Below are positions 1 to 15,100 of a DNA stretch of 63,973 bases, piece after piece. A model generated the notes under the pieces. That model ran no database searches and was not told the DNA's origin. It saw only the letters and a list, made by a program, of their open reading frames with translations. Position 1 is the stretch's first letter, and every line of letters starts with the position of its first letter. Position numbers and translations under genes: made by a program. This stretch comes from Octopus vulgaris (taxonomy: Eukaryota), in NCBI GenBank assembly GCA_951406725.2, contig OX597815.1, positions 102,734,028-102,798,000 of the forward strand, read 5' to 3'.

Positions 1-130
1 GAATTGATAAAGGGTGTTTTTTTTTTCTAATTTATATATATAATATTTTGTGAAATTTGATTTAGTATTTCTAAATTGAATTTTTCCCTGTAAGTTTGGA
101 ATATTCCCTTATATTATTATTATATTTATA

Positions 131-245
<115 letters not shown>

Positions 246-474
246 AATATATACGTATATATATATATATATATATATACAAATATGTATATACATATAC
301 ACACGCGCACACATACACACACATATATATGCAATAATAAAAGATAAATTTAAAAAAAAATTATCTTTTGTCAGCATATAAAAAAATAAAATCATAATTG
401 GGGCGTAAAAAAAAATTCTAGCCTATATGCTGAAAATAGATGCTAAATCGTCTCACCACTTTAAAAATCACAAA

Positions 475-578
475 TTTACACACGTGTTGAAATCGAGGGA
501 GCAAGCTAACGACAGTTAATAACAATATGGATTAGCTAATTTAGGGATTTGCCCAGTGACATTTCCTCATCAGTAGAA
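475..578 (-). ncRNA. Decayed type-I hammerhead ribozyme motif (Penelope pLTR type)
   Basis: Minus strand reads tgttcta-CTGATGA-g-gaaat...atttc-(a)ACACGTGT-g. The CUGAUGA core is intact, stem II closes with gaaat/atttc and stem III is the palindrome ACACGTGT. The GAAA box and cleavage site are damaged. Confidence 0.45.
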
Positions 579-952
579 CATACATACAGGAAGTAAATGA
601 GACAGTTGTACATACCCACAGAAAAGTAAACGCAAAACCATAAATACATATAAATATCCCAGATACCTCCAGCAACTAATTCCACGGCTTAGCACAGCAC
701 ATGAGTATTCGATCGCAGTAGCACATGTGCTGAGGAAAGCCGCGGAATTTGGAGTGTTCTGAAGTATATTATGAACTGTATATTTAATAAGATGTACATG
801 TCTGAATAGCTGTAGAGCGGATTATATACTCAGTTTGACTACATATATTACCCAAATATCATTCTGCCAGTACGTCTGTGCCAAGGTTGGTATTCACATA
901 AAAATTGTTGTGTACATTTTATTCTGAACTGACAATGTGCCTCAAGTCTAAG

Positions 953-1014
953 TACCTTATTGAACTGAGTCTGGGTGCCACAATTTTACGTACCCTATTC
1001 AACTGAGTCTGGGT
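953..1014 (+). repeat. Short direct duplication (24-nt core, 38-nt period)
   Basis: taccttattgaactgagtctgggt at 953 and taccctattcaactgagtctgggt at 991. Confidence 0.8.
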
Positions 1015-1058
1015 CACCCAGACTACATAATGAATGCAATATAACATGTTGAACCGTG

Positions 1059-1110
1059 TTCTAACCATGAGGGACAGTAGCAGCATGGGTCGAAACGGTC
1101 GTTGTATAAA
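1059..1110 (+). ncRNA. Decayed hammerhead-like motif
   Basis: ttctaac-catga-gg-gac...gtc-GAAAC-ggtc-GT-T-gtataaa. The GAAAC box and near-palindromic stem III (ACGGTCGT) are present, but CUGAUGA is reduced to catga. Confidence 0.35.
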
Positions 1111-1237
1111 ATTAAGATTAATACTAAATCCATCTTCTGGTTGCTTAATCAATTATCATTATCTCAGCTAATACTGCGGAGCTCCTGAAGTGTGCCCAAC
1201 AGAAATATACCTCAACAGCAGATACCAGGTCGTAATC

Positions 1238-1866
1238 GATGTAGCAATCAAACAAGGTTTGACAGATCTTCACACGCTTGCACTTATGCGTATCGGTAAT
1301 TCCCTTCTGGCCTTCATGTCGCATAGAATTTACTGAAGTGAAGGAAGGTTATTGTGAATGATTTCGTATGCAGCACCAAGGATTATTTGCAGAGAATATA
1401 CCACTTCACCGATGGTGAATCGCTGGTTTCACCAAAAACATCTTTGAAGCTTTTTGAATTATCACGTCAGTACTGGAGATTGATCGACGTTCTCTTCCCT
1501 CTTCATGCTTCACGATTCTGTGGCTCATTTTAAACTTCTCAATCCACTCATACACACTTCTAAGCACTACAGCATTGTCCACGTATTTTACTGAAAGCCT
1601 CCGATGAATTTTAGCCCCTGACACACTTTCAGACCATGGAAATCGGATCAATGATTTTTGTTCTTCCTTGGTACACACTTCCAGCGGAACGGCCATGTTT
1701 ACACTGAAACACACACACACACACAAAATCTAGAGACATCAAGGTCAAACGATGGTTACGTAACCGCATGCATACCACTTTCTGGCGTGCGATCTCTGAA
1801 TTCGGTGCGGCTAACTTAAAGAAAGTTTTGGTAAGTGTGCGAATAATTTTTGACTTTCCCTAGTGG
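1238..1866 (-). mobile_element. Mariner transposon 5' fragment (TIR plus decayed N-terminal HTH region)
   Basis: ORF 1406-1726 gives MAVPLEVCTKEEQKSLIRF...AKIHRRL...VYEWIEKFK, typical of a mariner N-terminus. It continues frameshifted as TIGEVVYSLQIILGAAYEIIHNNL. A TIR-like end (minus strand agggaaagtcaaaaattattcgca) lies next to (TA)n. Confidence 0.85.
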
Positions 1867-1867
1867 A

Positions 1868-1968
<101 letters not shown>

Positions 1969-1969
1969 G

Positions 1970-2002
<33 letters not shown>

Positions 2003-2006
2003 ATAC

Positions 2007-2070
<64 letters not shown>

Positions 2071-2631
2071 CTGCGTGTGTATACACACATATACTATGTA
2101 TTTTATAGGTATATGTGTCTGTATGTATATATATGTGTGTATATGTATGTATGTTTGTGCGTGTGTGTGATATGTGCGTGCGTGCGTCTATGTGTATGCT
2201 TAAGTGTATATATATATACATAGAGGGGATTTTACATATTACAGGATATAATTAAATATTTTGAAATGAGACCTTATGTAGTGTGCTAAAATTTAAGCAT
2301 GTCTCTTTCTAAATATCAGACAAGAGAAACATATGAATGCAATTCTAAAATTTCATCCTCACCTACTTTTCGAAGTGAAATAACTTCGAATGTCATATCA
2401 CATACATAAACATTCAAATTTTCACCATCTTTATAAATTGTTTTGGTTCAATTATTTCAACACTTTGTATCTTGCCAGTGGTGGAATAAGCCTGTATAAG
2501 ATAAATTTCATGCCTCAGTCAACCGGATATGTATAATATGTTTGAATGCACTAGAAGTACTTTTACCATGTTTGCTGTTCTGTTATTATCATAATTTAAC
2601 CGACCTAATATTAACACACATGCACACAAGC

Positions 2632-2682
<51 letters not shown>

Positions 2683-2767
2683 CTTGTTTTATTTATATTC
2701 CTGAGCGCCATACTAATACAATTGTTTGTTTGTATTCCACCTGCCTTCATCTTTTGTTTATTTCCCG

Positions 2768-2817
<50 letters not shown>

Positions 2818-3299
2818 ATAAGGAGATATATGTATATATATGTAAGTGTATACATGCATACATGGATACATCTGTATATACATACATATCTACATACATA
2901 CATACATACATACATACATACATACATACATACGTTAGTATGTGTTTGAAAAAGGGAATTGATTTCATAAGAAGTTTAATTGTTCTTATGCCACAAAAAG
3001 ATGAAGAATTTTGAATAAACAGTTTGAAAGCCGAAAATATGCATTTAATAATTGGTTCGTTCTCACTACAGTTATTTTAATGTATTGAAAAAAATTGAGA
3101 TCATTTGAGGTATTAAAATGCTTTCAAAGAGTTGACGATTTCAAAGATCTCTACAAGTATTAATTGATTTCCGATGCCTTTTATGGCAAGTTGATAGAAA
3201 ATTATTCATAGAATCAGTAGAGAGATTTAATGTTAACCGATTATTAGAGGGACAAGACCAACGTAAGTTCGTTATGTCTGCAGAAACATCGTTAAAAGA

Positions 3300-5050
3300 G
3301 AAAAAAACAACGAAACAAATAGGGGATATTATAGGGAAAAGGAGAGAATATTATCAATTATATTGAATTGAGAAGAATTTTAAACAGTATCAACAATGAA
3401 ATGTCTCGTGGGGTTGTTAGTAGTGTGATCGTATCTGGTGGATAACATATCAAACTTATGGGTAATGTAGTTGTGAGATCTTGCAGCATGCGTGGTAGTG
3501 CTGAGTGTTCAGGAAGCAGTTGACATTTATATTTCCCTCTATATGAACAGGATAAGTGTGATTTTTTAGGTAGAAATTTTGATGGTGACCTCCCGAAATA
3601 ACGGAAAGATGAGTTGCTTCGTTGCCAATAAAACTGATTTCAAATCCTAGTTATTTCCACGATTTTCGGGAGTCAATGCCTAGCGGATAGTATATTAGGT
3701 GGGGAGAGAACAAGGGAAAATCTATGGATTGCTGGTTGACAGATATATCAGCTACATCACAATAGACTTCGTTCTTAAGCTGCAAGTTTTCTCACCAGTT
3801 TAAACATATCTATAACTGATATACAATCCGTGTGTGTGGCGGGGGAAAGCATATAAATACCTGCATGCATTTTTAAAAAAAGTTGAACAAAGTCAGGGAC
3901 ACTGCTCATAAACTACATAAGCCCTCTGAGACTGGATTGATTCTATTTATGACTCTCTTGAGCAACTGCAGCGTTTACAAAAAAGACACGATCATGGAGG
4001 TTGTTCTAGATATCCGAGAAATTTTGGTGAGGAGTATCTTCTGGTCTTGAAGAGAAGAGCCAATTGTTCTAATGTGGTTTTATCGATGTTAAGGAGAGTT
4101 TTCTGTAGGAGATAACCGCCGTGATCGAAGGCCTAATATTTGAAGCAATGGGAAGTCACTTGTCGGATTCTGTGCCTGGTTAGAGTGCGACAACCTTTTC
4201 TTTATACGTGTAGCACTTTCATGTTCTGCTGTTCAAAGTATTAAGATTGGAACATCTCCATCGGGATGTACTTTCACACTTTGTATACATAGAATCGATG
4301 TGGATGTAGTATGAGATGAGTAGGTTGTGTGACGATGGTGTGATAACAACTACGTCATTGATGTATATAAGGAAATGAAGGAGAGGACAACACTGAACAC
4401 AAGTGCATGCCAAATGTGATTGAGTATGGGACAAAAATAGCTCCGTCAAGATGTGCCGCGATTGTACGGTGTAATCAGAAGCTTGAGATTCAAGTGAGGA
4501 TAAACGATTGAAGCCTAAAGGTAGACTATTTTAAAAACGGATTTGTGGGTGAGATATGTCAAAAGCATTGCTGATGTTGAGGGCAGCAACATTGCTTTCA
4601 TCAAGTTTCTTCATGTTAGTTAGTGTCCATTTCTTTGCTCTTACTGTAAGTGCCTGCAATCAGACGATATATGACGAAGTCAGAGGAATTGCTTTTTTAA
4701 TAAATAGGACACTTGTTACCTGTTCTCAATGATTTTTAAAGAGGGACAGGTGGAAGCGATCAATAAGAATGTGGGCTGGTTCATGGAAAGCTGAAATATT
4801 AATAAGGCCGATGTTTGTAGATTTGTATCATGCGAAGGTAGTTCGGTACTTGGCCTCTGTGTATGTAATATGATGGAACTGGAAGGATGGAGGCGGGCAG
4901 ATTTTGAACAAATTTGTTAAACGTGTGCATTGTGAAATTGGCTAAACATTTTGCAGCAGATATGGAATATTCCTGTGTGGGGATATTGTTTATAGAGCCC
5001 TCGTTATTGAGAAGGAGAGGGAGGGACGATCCCCCAAAATTAGAGCTGTT
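3300..5050 (-). mobile_element. Highly decayed non-LTR retrotransposon RT remnant
   Basis: Minus-strand remnants VAALNISNAFD (DISKAFD motif, about 4560-4590) and PLLHFLIYIND (PLLFLIYIND motif, ORF 4219-4449) occur in RT order. Boundaries are approximate. Confidence 0.65.
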
Positions 5051-5097
5051 CGTTTGCTAATGTAGCAGATGCGTAGCTTGAACTTATACATACATAA

Positions 5098-5167
<70 letters not shown>

Positions 5168-6603
5168 TACAAACATTTTGAAACATCAGTCACGTTACAT
5201 TTCTGCAGTAACAAAACTCCAGTCTCGTTATAAACATGGGACACAGCCACTCCTAATAATGGAAAGACACATTGTATTTGCTTATTTTAAGTAATTGGCA
5301 GTGGTTTAATTTCCAGATATAATTTTCAGTTAGATTTTGTAAACTCAATTGATTTTATTAGAATTTTCACCAATTTATTATTGCGGCAGTTTATATAATA
5401 TAGACTAAATGATGGCTATGATCAAAGTATTTCCAGGAACAACTATCCTGTTCATTCTGGATATCTAGCACTATAGGAGAATTTAATCTGGAATGAAAGT
5501 ATATTTATGTGAGGGGATGGTGTTGAATTTGCCGGAGATTTGACTGATGATTTTTGCAGTTCCACAGTTTTTCACAACTATGGATATTCAAGTTGCATTA
5601 GTTTATTAGTTTCACATAGTATCACATCTTCATATGAAATGTGAAGATATTCTGAATGGAGCCAACCGAATAGTTAGAGATATATTCACTTTCATTCTAC
5701 TTTAGAGTGTTAATTATAAATTAAAAGAGATGACTGCATTAATTAAAGCAGAATAATTAGCCACAAGGAAATATTTCTTCGCTTTATCTGTTCCTATACA
5801 AATCTATGCAATTGAAGCGATGTTTGTCAATATAGAATTATAACTGAACATTTAAAATCTCAATTTCTAACCTGTGTATGTATATATTCGTATGTCTGTG
5901 TGAGTGTGTTTGTGTGTATGTTGACTAGCTTAACAAGCTACATGGTGGTATTAAATGTTTCTCTCAGCATATAAGCTCCCTGGTCAGTGAGAATAAAAAC
6001 CTATAATAGAAATTATCTTTTTACTGGAAACATAAGATCCATGTAATACTCCTACCCAACTTAAACTGAACCATACTCAAGAAACATCAAGTATTACACG
6101 AGCCCATTGTATTCCTTAACTAGAAGACTGAGATTTCACACGGCTCTTGTCAAAAGAGCTCCCTAATATCAAAATGTCAGCTTTCATAATATTCATGGTA
6201 TTTCACAAAACATCTTGCTCTTGCTGGGATTGTTAATGAAAATATGGATGACACTTAATGTAGACGAGTTGTTCCTCATTGCATTTCTTCTGGCACACAT
6301 GCAATAATTTTTAGCAGGCTCTGTAACGACTGGCAGTCTCGTAGCAATTGTTGAAAACTAGCTTTATTACAGAAGACAAGGTGACGAATAGTAATCCTTG
6401 TTTAGGACTCATACAGCATTCCAAGTTAGATTCTCAGCATCTGAATAATGCGGTATCTTTTACGTCAGTGAGACTTTGAGTACTACAGACTTAAGTCATA
6501 AACCTTTTATTTATAAAAACACATACGCACACATACTCACACACACACTCTCTCTCTCTCACACACATATGTATATGTATGTGCATGCGCGCACGTGTGT
6601 GTT

Positions 6604-6642
<39 letters not shown>

Positions 6643-8049
6643 AAGTGTGTGTGTCTCAGAGCCCATATCTGAGTTTATGTTTGTTGGTGTACAAACTGGT
6701 CTCATAACAAAAGTAGTTCGAAGCCTAATGGCATCGAAGCATTCCGATAGTCGATGACAAAATTCAGTGATATATGAAAGTGAAAGAATATGCATTGTTG
6801 CTTTTCTTCTAGAGATAATTTCTCACTTCTATGAATTAAACTATGGAGTTTAATTATCTCCATTTATGTATGCGTTTTGCCATCATTATCATATACCCGG
6901 CCCATTTCCATTTACTTTTCACTACTTATTCTTACATTTTCAAGCAGTTATTATTGCTTTTGTTATTGCTGTGTTTTTGCTATTTTTCCTGTTTAACTTT
7001 AGGTTAGTTCTGATCAAGCAGATCAATGATCAAAATCGTTCTCTCCCATAACCACCTGGTAATTTTAGGCACAATGTATTTCCCTGTACATAATCAAATG
7101 TATCCTTTATTTCATAGGTCTATAAATGGGTGATTTTAGATGAATTTAGCTGCATCTTCTGGAAGGTCTAGCAGGCACGCAATGGGTCGTGAAGCAATTA
7201 CGTGAATTTCTTTCAGTGAACAACTCTAATTAATTACTGGCATTTATACCATCACCTTCTCTCTCTCTCTCTCACGCGCACACACAAACACGCACACACA
7301 CACGTTAATATTTATGTTTATACATTCTCACTGTAGTGTCATTAACATTCTTCTTCCCGCCACTATTTTCAGTTTTTGAATACTTTAAAAATGTCTAATA
7401 GATTATTTTCTAGATTCATTAAAATTTTTCTCATATTTTCCATTTTTTTTTATTACTTCTGAACTATGATCATTTATTGACCTTCATTATTTTATTTCAC
7501 CTCTTCATATTTCCTAACTCCGCCCTCGTATTCAAATCGACCGAGGTCTATTTTGCCTTTCATCCATCCAATGTCTGTAAAAATATGCTATCACTCAAAT
7601 ACTGAGATCAATATATTGTCGACTATATCCATCCCTCCATTGTGTGATGCTATATTTTATTTAAAGATATATTAAGCTATACATTCACTACATTCTTTCA
7701 GTTCCTATAAAACCATAACCACTCGCTGAATTTCTTAACGGTATTTTTAGCTCTACTTTTCTTCCATCATATTATCGTTGATTTGTTTTTGTATAAATAC
7801 ATAACAGACGCAGATCCATAATCGAATGTTTTCGCTGTGATCATCCTATTTCTAATTTAGGTTTGTTATGATTTCTTTATCTAGTGTGGGGCTTTCTGAG
7901 AGTGTCGACTGAAGAAAATGTTGTTACTTTTTCTAGTATGTAGGAAATCAGTACAAAGGCTTCTTTGGTTACCATATTGTATATCTTAGTCTCATCTCTT
8001 TTCTAATTTATTAAAATATATATTATCTTTACAAGTTGACATACCTATT

Positions 8050-9300
8050 CATTCTTAATATAATCCGTCTGTCCCGAGTGTGAATACACTAATCACTATT
8101 GTAATTCTCCTTCGGAGAACATCTTCCCTTTTCAAATATCTATGTTCACAATACACACGCTGAAAGGGGTTTTGAGAGATCGCATTATTTTTATGTGGTA
8201 TTGTCTGTTTTAAGCAACCAACTGGGAGTAGCTTTGAATAAGGAAATACAACCAGGTCGAAACATCGAGTTGTATCAAATCCCCTTATGCCAAAAAACCG
8301 AATGTTTTGTGAACACACGCACGCATAACAACAGTGCATTCCCGTTCGACTTAGCCGAAACATATTGTGAATGAATATAATTATTTAAATCATGCTATTA
8401 TTCATGCACGTGATGATTCTTTATAGATTATTGTCTATATAATTTTTTATTCACTCATATTATTGTATTGTTTGACTACTGCTTTACATATCAGTTTTTT
8501 CCTGATTCAGCTTCCATTGTAAAGCCTCAATAACATTTCAAAGCAATTTTTCTTCGTTTGTTTTATATTTCTTTAGTTCGCTTGCATCCTTCAATTTCAA
8601 TTCCTCTACTCTTTAGTTAAGCCCCCTCAAAACAATACCAAGCTCTTGATTTTGTTTTGCTCTTTACCTGAAAGAGAAGTGGAAGGATAATGCTTATGCC
8701 TACTTTTAGAGTTTCTCTGATTAGTTGCAGGAAGGGTGAGTCAAATTGCAGATCTGCCGGAAAGCTTCCATTTGAGTAAACTCCGCTAAAAGCATCTAAA
8801 CAGCAAAAATCGTTGTTAAGCCAAACAAAAGATTAAGTCTTTCGCTCAGAATAAGCAGAGTTTGTGACAGTTTTTCACATTGTTTTTGTCTACGAAATTA
8901 CACTGGAAAGATGTTTGGTAGACCCGAAGTTAAGGTAGAAGACCACTTCGACAACGTGTAAGGATATTTCTCATATAATAAGGAATCGTCTCAGTTTAAT
9001 ATCTATTCAATCCATTAAAAAAAATTGTCTCTGCATGCAGAATTCAAATTCGTCTAAGTATTCAAAGGGTTCATATTTTAAGCCCGGTTGATCTAAATTC
9101 CGTTGCCTAAAGTCGTAAAAGTAGCGCATTCTGTGTTTCACTTGGTAGTTTTCTCACAAAGCGTGCTTGGAAATTGGTCTCAATGTGAGATGTCTTCCCG
9201 CTCTTGGTTGCCCATGTATATATCCTCATAAAATGACCAGGGTGAGTAGATGTGTTTCTTTGCTAGCCACTAGACCATGTAATAGGCTGTACTTGGAAAA
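8050..9300 (-). mobile_element. Highly decayed Ty3/gypsy pol remnant (RT-RNase H)
   Basis: Minus-strand peptides occur in gypsy order: SKWSSTL (about 8940, SPWSSP-like), CLDAFSG/FTQM (about 8790), VIEALQWKLNQEK (about 8510) and VERECTVVMRAC (about 8340, RNase H ERECLAVVWA-like). Confidence 0.5.
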
Positions 9301-12281
9301 CAGTAGCAGGTAACAGGAAACATAAGAATATAAAGTGAAGCATTATACGTTTTACAAGAAATCGTTCACAATAATTTCTCTTTTTATAGGTCGAAAGGAT
9401 AGAACAAAACTGAGTTTTAATTATATGAATATCATTATTTTTTATTGATTATCTTTTACTCATACAGACTAATTCAGGATTTATTTTGTCTGATTTCATT
9501 ACTAAGGAAAAAATTACAAGTTTTAGTAGAAAATACTTAGCTTATGAATAAAATATTACCAAGACTTTATGAGATTAAGCTGTAAGTGTTATTAACTCAC
9601 AGTCAGATGTCAAATAGGAATAAATGCAAGAACAATTTTAAACAAATCACAAAATAATAACCTATTGATAATGTTATGTTAACACTCCGTGCTTCATAGA
9701 TTGAGATTAATGTTTGCAAAAATAAAGATTCATTTTCGTCTTCTTTCTCTTGCTCTTTCTCATTTTTATTTCCTTCTTCGTCCTACAAGTCATTCCATCT
9801 TTTCGTCTTTGCAACTCCTGTCTCATAATTATCGTTATTAACAATATGAACAGCAGTAGTAAAAGCTGCAGCAGCAACAACAAAATAACATTCAGCAGCA
9901 TAAGCCGTACGGTAAACATAATTCTTATATTCAGACGAGAAAAATTGTGAAAATAGTAGACAGGGCTTAACACCATTTATTATCCTATCATATCATATAG
10001 TAGTAAACAGGGAAAAACAAGTCTGAAAATAAGAGAGGAAAATATAATAAAAGTCGTTGTAGACAACTAGACAAATCACTTACAAACCGGCCCATCTGCA
10101 ACATAATAATTCTCAGACACTTGCAAGCGTTATCATCAAAACAATAAGAGCGACGACAACAACAGTGTCAGCAACAACACTGTCGGCAACGGTACCAATA
10201 AGAACTACAACAATAAATATAATAATTACATGAAAATAACAGGAACAACAGCAATGAAAATAACATTAATAATAAAAAGTCAATGAGACGTGAAATAGTA
10301 TGATTAGAATAATAAAGTATCATCAAGAGACATAACTGCTGACAGAAAGTATTATCACCGACTCTTTGAAAATAACTCAGCGAGTGGAAAAAATTCTTAT
10401 CGATCGAGATATCTTGACCAAAATCAATAAGTGAAGTGTTTTTCTCGTCAGTGATTATGATAACAGTGCAATGCGAGATTGTATGAAAAAATAACAAAAG
10501 CAAAATTTAAAAAGCAGAAGAGAATTAGTAATAGTTGAGGAAAAAATCATCTGCGCTAATGTGGTATAAGCATGACATATGCAAAAATGAATATCTCCTT
10601 GTAAAATAATAAATCCGAAATTAAATTATTACACATGAAATCCTAGGTAATCTAAAGTTTGCAGACAGAATGTAATTTTTATATAAAAACACAAAAGTTT
10701 GTACATACGACGCTCCCAAAATGTAGGTATACGTATTTTTTCGTAGAAATGCTAATTACATATTTTTTTCTGTGTCTTAGCCAGAAGAAGAAATACAACG
10801 CCTACGATATCTTTGCAGAGACTGGAAAATTGGTAGCTGAACAATCTATCCATAGGCTGTTGACCTTGTACGAATAATCGCTAATATCAACTAACGGTCA
10901 ACTTGCGGTATGACTCCAAAAAATATATAAAACATTTCATGATGTTCCATCATGTCTAAATATATCTTTAGAAAATCGTAGCAACTCTTTAATAAAATGG
11001 CAACAATAACATACTATGTCTATCTGAAAATACCGAAAATCAATTCAATAAGTAATTTAATAAATGAATGTTCAGATAAAGAAACTATACACTTTATAGA
11101 CAATGCAATTCTAAGTATATTCAGCTGTCGTTCATTTTGATATTCGTTAGTGATGTATCATTAATTATAATGTCATCTTTTCTATCAAATAAGCATGCAA
11201 TATTTATGGCTATTTGAAGTGCGATTTTGTAACATTCATGCTTTTCCCAAATGCAAATGATTAAGAGTGAAATTACTAAAGATTAACAGTAAAATATAAT
11301 AGGAGTATATTTTATTAATTTTATTTTCTATTGCAAGAGATCTTAGGAAAGATAAATAACATGTTTGGGGGAAAATATTCTTGGAAGTGTCTCCAGTAGA
11401 CAAGATGGTATCTTGTAACGAAATATGTAGCTAAATAATCGAAGAAGAGTAACAAGAATAAACCACATTCGTATTCTCCTGTGAAAATACCATGGTAAAT
11501 CCGTAGTACTTGGGAATGAAGTAACTATTTTTTATTTCGTCTTTTTATTTGTATACCGACGTTAGGTAAAACCATTATGATCAAGGTTTTCTTTGATTAG
11601 ACACTGTATCATTCTGAGAGGGTAATCTTTAAATTTCATATGTTTTACAGATTTTAGCTATACGAAAGACATGATATTAAAATTAATGTTAATGAAAGTT
11701 TAGTAACATTACCAATATTTCTATCAATCTTAAAATTAGTCTTGATTGTAAAAACTGGTTCTTGTAAATCTTCGTGAGTGAAAAGCCTAAACATGGCAAA
11801 TTTATTGTTTAATATAGGTCAGTTTTACCATTAAATTCTCATTAGACATTGTGCATCTAGAATTATATTACCAAATATGACCTAATTTTATGAGTTTCTT
11901 TTTGATTCTAGGTAATCCCTAAGTAAATTTATGGTCTGAAACATTCCAGCAATGACGAACCAGCCTCTATATTTTATACTATTGTTTCTAGCACTATATT
12001 ATCCAATCTTTTTGTTTACTTTAATCGTTCAGCACGAGTTCCGTCTTGATCCAATGAACCTGTTTTAAAGCACATTCCAGTCGTACCATTGGTTTATTTA
12101 TATATCAGATATTACATTGTCAAATGTATAATTAACAACGGCGGGTTGGATTTCAGCGTGTTTTGAATGCCATTATTATTAGGTCGGGTAAATTTGTAGA
12201 GATTGCATCGATTTAGAGGTAGGCCGTTTGAGAATTTGAATGAGGGTGAAAAAAGAACCCCAAATTTTGGGATGCGACTCT

Positions 12282-12284
<3 letters not shown>

Positions 12285-12347
<63 letters not shown>
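12285..12347. repeat. (GA)n microsatellite
   Basis: Uninterrupted AG dinucleotide run. Confidence 0.95.
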
Positions 12348-12352
<5 letters not shown>

Positions 12353-13949
12353 TGTGGGAGAACGCGAGAAGGGAAGAGAAATCCTTTTCTCTGTTTCAGA
12401 TAACAGGACCCCAAGAAATCACGTCATTCTACTCGCCACAGGAATACGAAGTCTCCAGACTCAATTATTCATGGCAATGTAGACCACCTTCTTCTTCTTC
12501 TTCTTCTTCGGACTCTGCCTCTAAGCTACAGAATAAGAAGAGTTAGTTCTGAAGGGTAAGACACGGCTGTTTGAATTCACTGCTGTTCAGAACTTATTTT
12601 ATTGACATCGGACGATTGATATACGTTTCAGTGGATATTGAATTTGGAACTAGAAGAGTTCTTAAATTACTCTTGAAATATGATGTTAATTATTCAGTAT
12701 ACATGATCCCCAAGTACATCAGTTATTGAACAAAGATGATGGGAAATCTGTGACGACTTCGAAACTCTCTCTCTCTCTCTCTCTCTCTTGCTCTTACACA
12801 CATACACACACAGATATAATATATATACATATAGGTACAGAAGTGCTGCTGTTCTTGACCCTCAGTTTGAAATTGTTCTTGTATCTTTCTGTGTTTGTGC
12901 GTTTGTTCATGTTGTTGTCATCGTGGTTGTTGTTGTTGCGGCTGTTTGTTAAGTTACTGCATATTTATGTATATGGGTTTGCTTACTATATTGTTTGTAA
13001 CCGTGCCCAGTATATAGTACATTTTATTTACATATTTATCTTTATTTCTTATATTTCATCATAAGTATGTACATGTTTGTCTTTTGTGCGTGTATTATAC
13101 TTTTTGTATCTGTATCTTTTTTTCCTTTCTGTTTTTAGTCGTCGTATTGCGTGGTGTAGTGGCGGTGCGTATTATTGTTCCAGTAATATTTTCTGTTGAA
13201 GGAAGCTCGGTCTGTCTATTTCTATGTGTTTGGCTTCCGTAATCTAAGTGTTATGTCTGTTTTATGTGTTGATAATATCTTAAAATCTATGATATTAACT
13301 GAGTCTCTATGTTCTACGTGAGCATTTTGGTATAGCACTGACTAGCATTTATTCTCTTTGAGCTCCCGCCAGTCTCGCTTCTTCGCTCCGCTATGCTACG
13401 TGCCACCTCCTATTGTAAGTTGTTGCCTTGTTTCTGCACCATCTCTCACTACACCGTAAGATATAGACTGCATTCCTGACACTCTGGAATTTGTGTTGTC
13501 ATACCATGAATTGGTCTTATCTGTTGTTTTCTTGGTCCTTTATATATATATAAAACAAAAACTAAAATCGCACGTTGCAGTGTTGAGTAGAATATATGTG
13601 TAGAAGACATACTCAGCGCCTCTGTCAGTATCGGACGTAAGAAGACCTTTCGCTGTTGAAATATTCTCGAAATAATTTAACTTTGAAAATATGTGTTATT
13701 CATGAAAATATTCCTGAAATTATTTCATCCCATGATGGTTTTCCTATGTCTGAGTGTACCCTAATGTATTAAATACGTGAATTATTTCAACGCTGCTTTG
13801 TGCGACTATTGGTCATATTCGCTTGGGAAAACTTTATAAATGTTAGCAAATATGCTATTTGATGTTCTTATATATATGAACTATCGTTTCTATAGAGCTG
13901 TGAAGGAGGGACTCTGCAAACTCACACGTAGGAAAGGTGAGCGCTTCTG

Positions 13950-15100
13950 CCAAACAGCCCATCTTTATACATATTTCTTAACTACCATCGGAGTCAACAA
14001 ATCATTGTATCCATTTGTAGTTTTTAATAAAATACTGAAGAAATCCATAAGAAAATAAACTAAATGTATTAGTTGCAATCTACCGGTCATGTTACCAACG
14101 CTTACACCATCTTCATTTATCCAAAAGCAAAAATAAGGTTCATTGGTATCCATTTTCTTAGATACACATTTGAACTCGGTATTTCTACGTTTCCACAGTA
14201 ACTACAAACAGCCATATATGCAGGCGACATCATATTCGTATCCTCTTATTATTTTATAGGTAGTGTTTTAAAACCTCATTTCAGTTTCATGTAGAGTTCC
14301 AGTATAAAGCAAAAACACGAAAGAGCACCTGCTAAATTTACTCAATTCCTTACTATACAGAAGAGAACATAAAATGTAAAACAAAATCTCGCTCAACAAC
14401 GTAAATATTTCAGGAGTCTGGTGCAATGCATTTCAACTGCAACAACACACATAATAGACATAATAAAGGAGACAACGAAGGATAAACATATTTAGAACGT
14501 TGTAAACTATGGTGCACGTCCAGAATATCACTCTGCATCCCACGCCAATGATCATTGCTCATCAAAGAATGAAGCATTTTATAACTGAAGTGTTCGTTCA
14601 ACTATCTGAGTGCTACACGACCGCCCTATTACAGGCTAGAAAATATAAAAAAGATTTACATTGACGATGCTGGTGGCAAAAGAGAACAGCAGCAAAACCT
14701 GTTTATTTATAACCATGAAATAAGTGGTTTATTAATGTAAATTCGGTCTAGTTATATCTACTATCTCACCTATTTGCAATTGAAAGCTTGCCTAATTTAT
14801 CGGACTTACCATTTCTAGTTTCTTAAAGGCAAATATTATTTAAAAAAATTAAATTTATTAAAAATATAAGGAATAAAGAACATACACAGATAGCCCGAGT
14901 GGTGTAACCTAAAATTTATAAAAATATCTTCAAAATTTCAGATCATGCAAAATATAGAGTTTTCATAGTTGTATATAAAAACACCACAATTTTTAAAAGA
15001 CAAGAGGTTCAGCTTACGTTGTAACATTCGTTGTTGTCTCTTAGTGAAACCCTGATTCCAGCAAGGCATCATAATTTGTTTGAAGTGTGACCTGTAACGC
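13950..15100 (-). mobile_element. Possible very old piggyBac transposase remnant
   Basis: Minus-strand fragments CIAPDS*NIYVVER (resembles CYKPGENITVDE), WLFVVTVET (resembles WLAVDVET) and EPYF...GNMT (resembles EPYL..GRNVT) are in piggyBac order. Heavily decayed and recognised by eye only. Confidence 0.35.
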
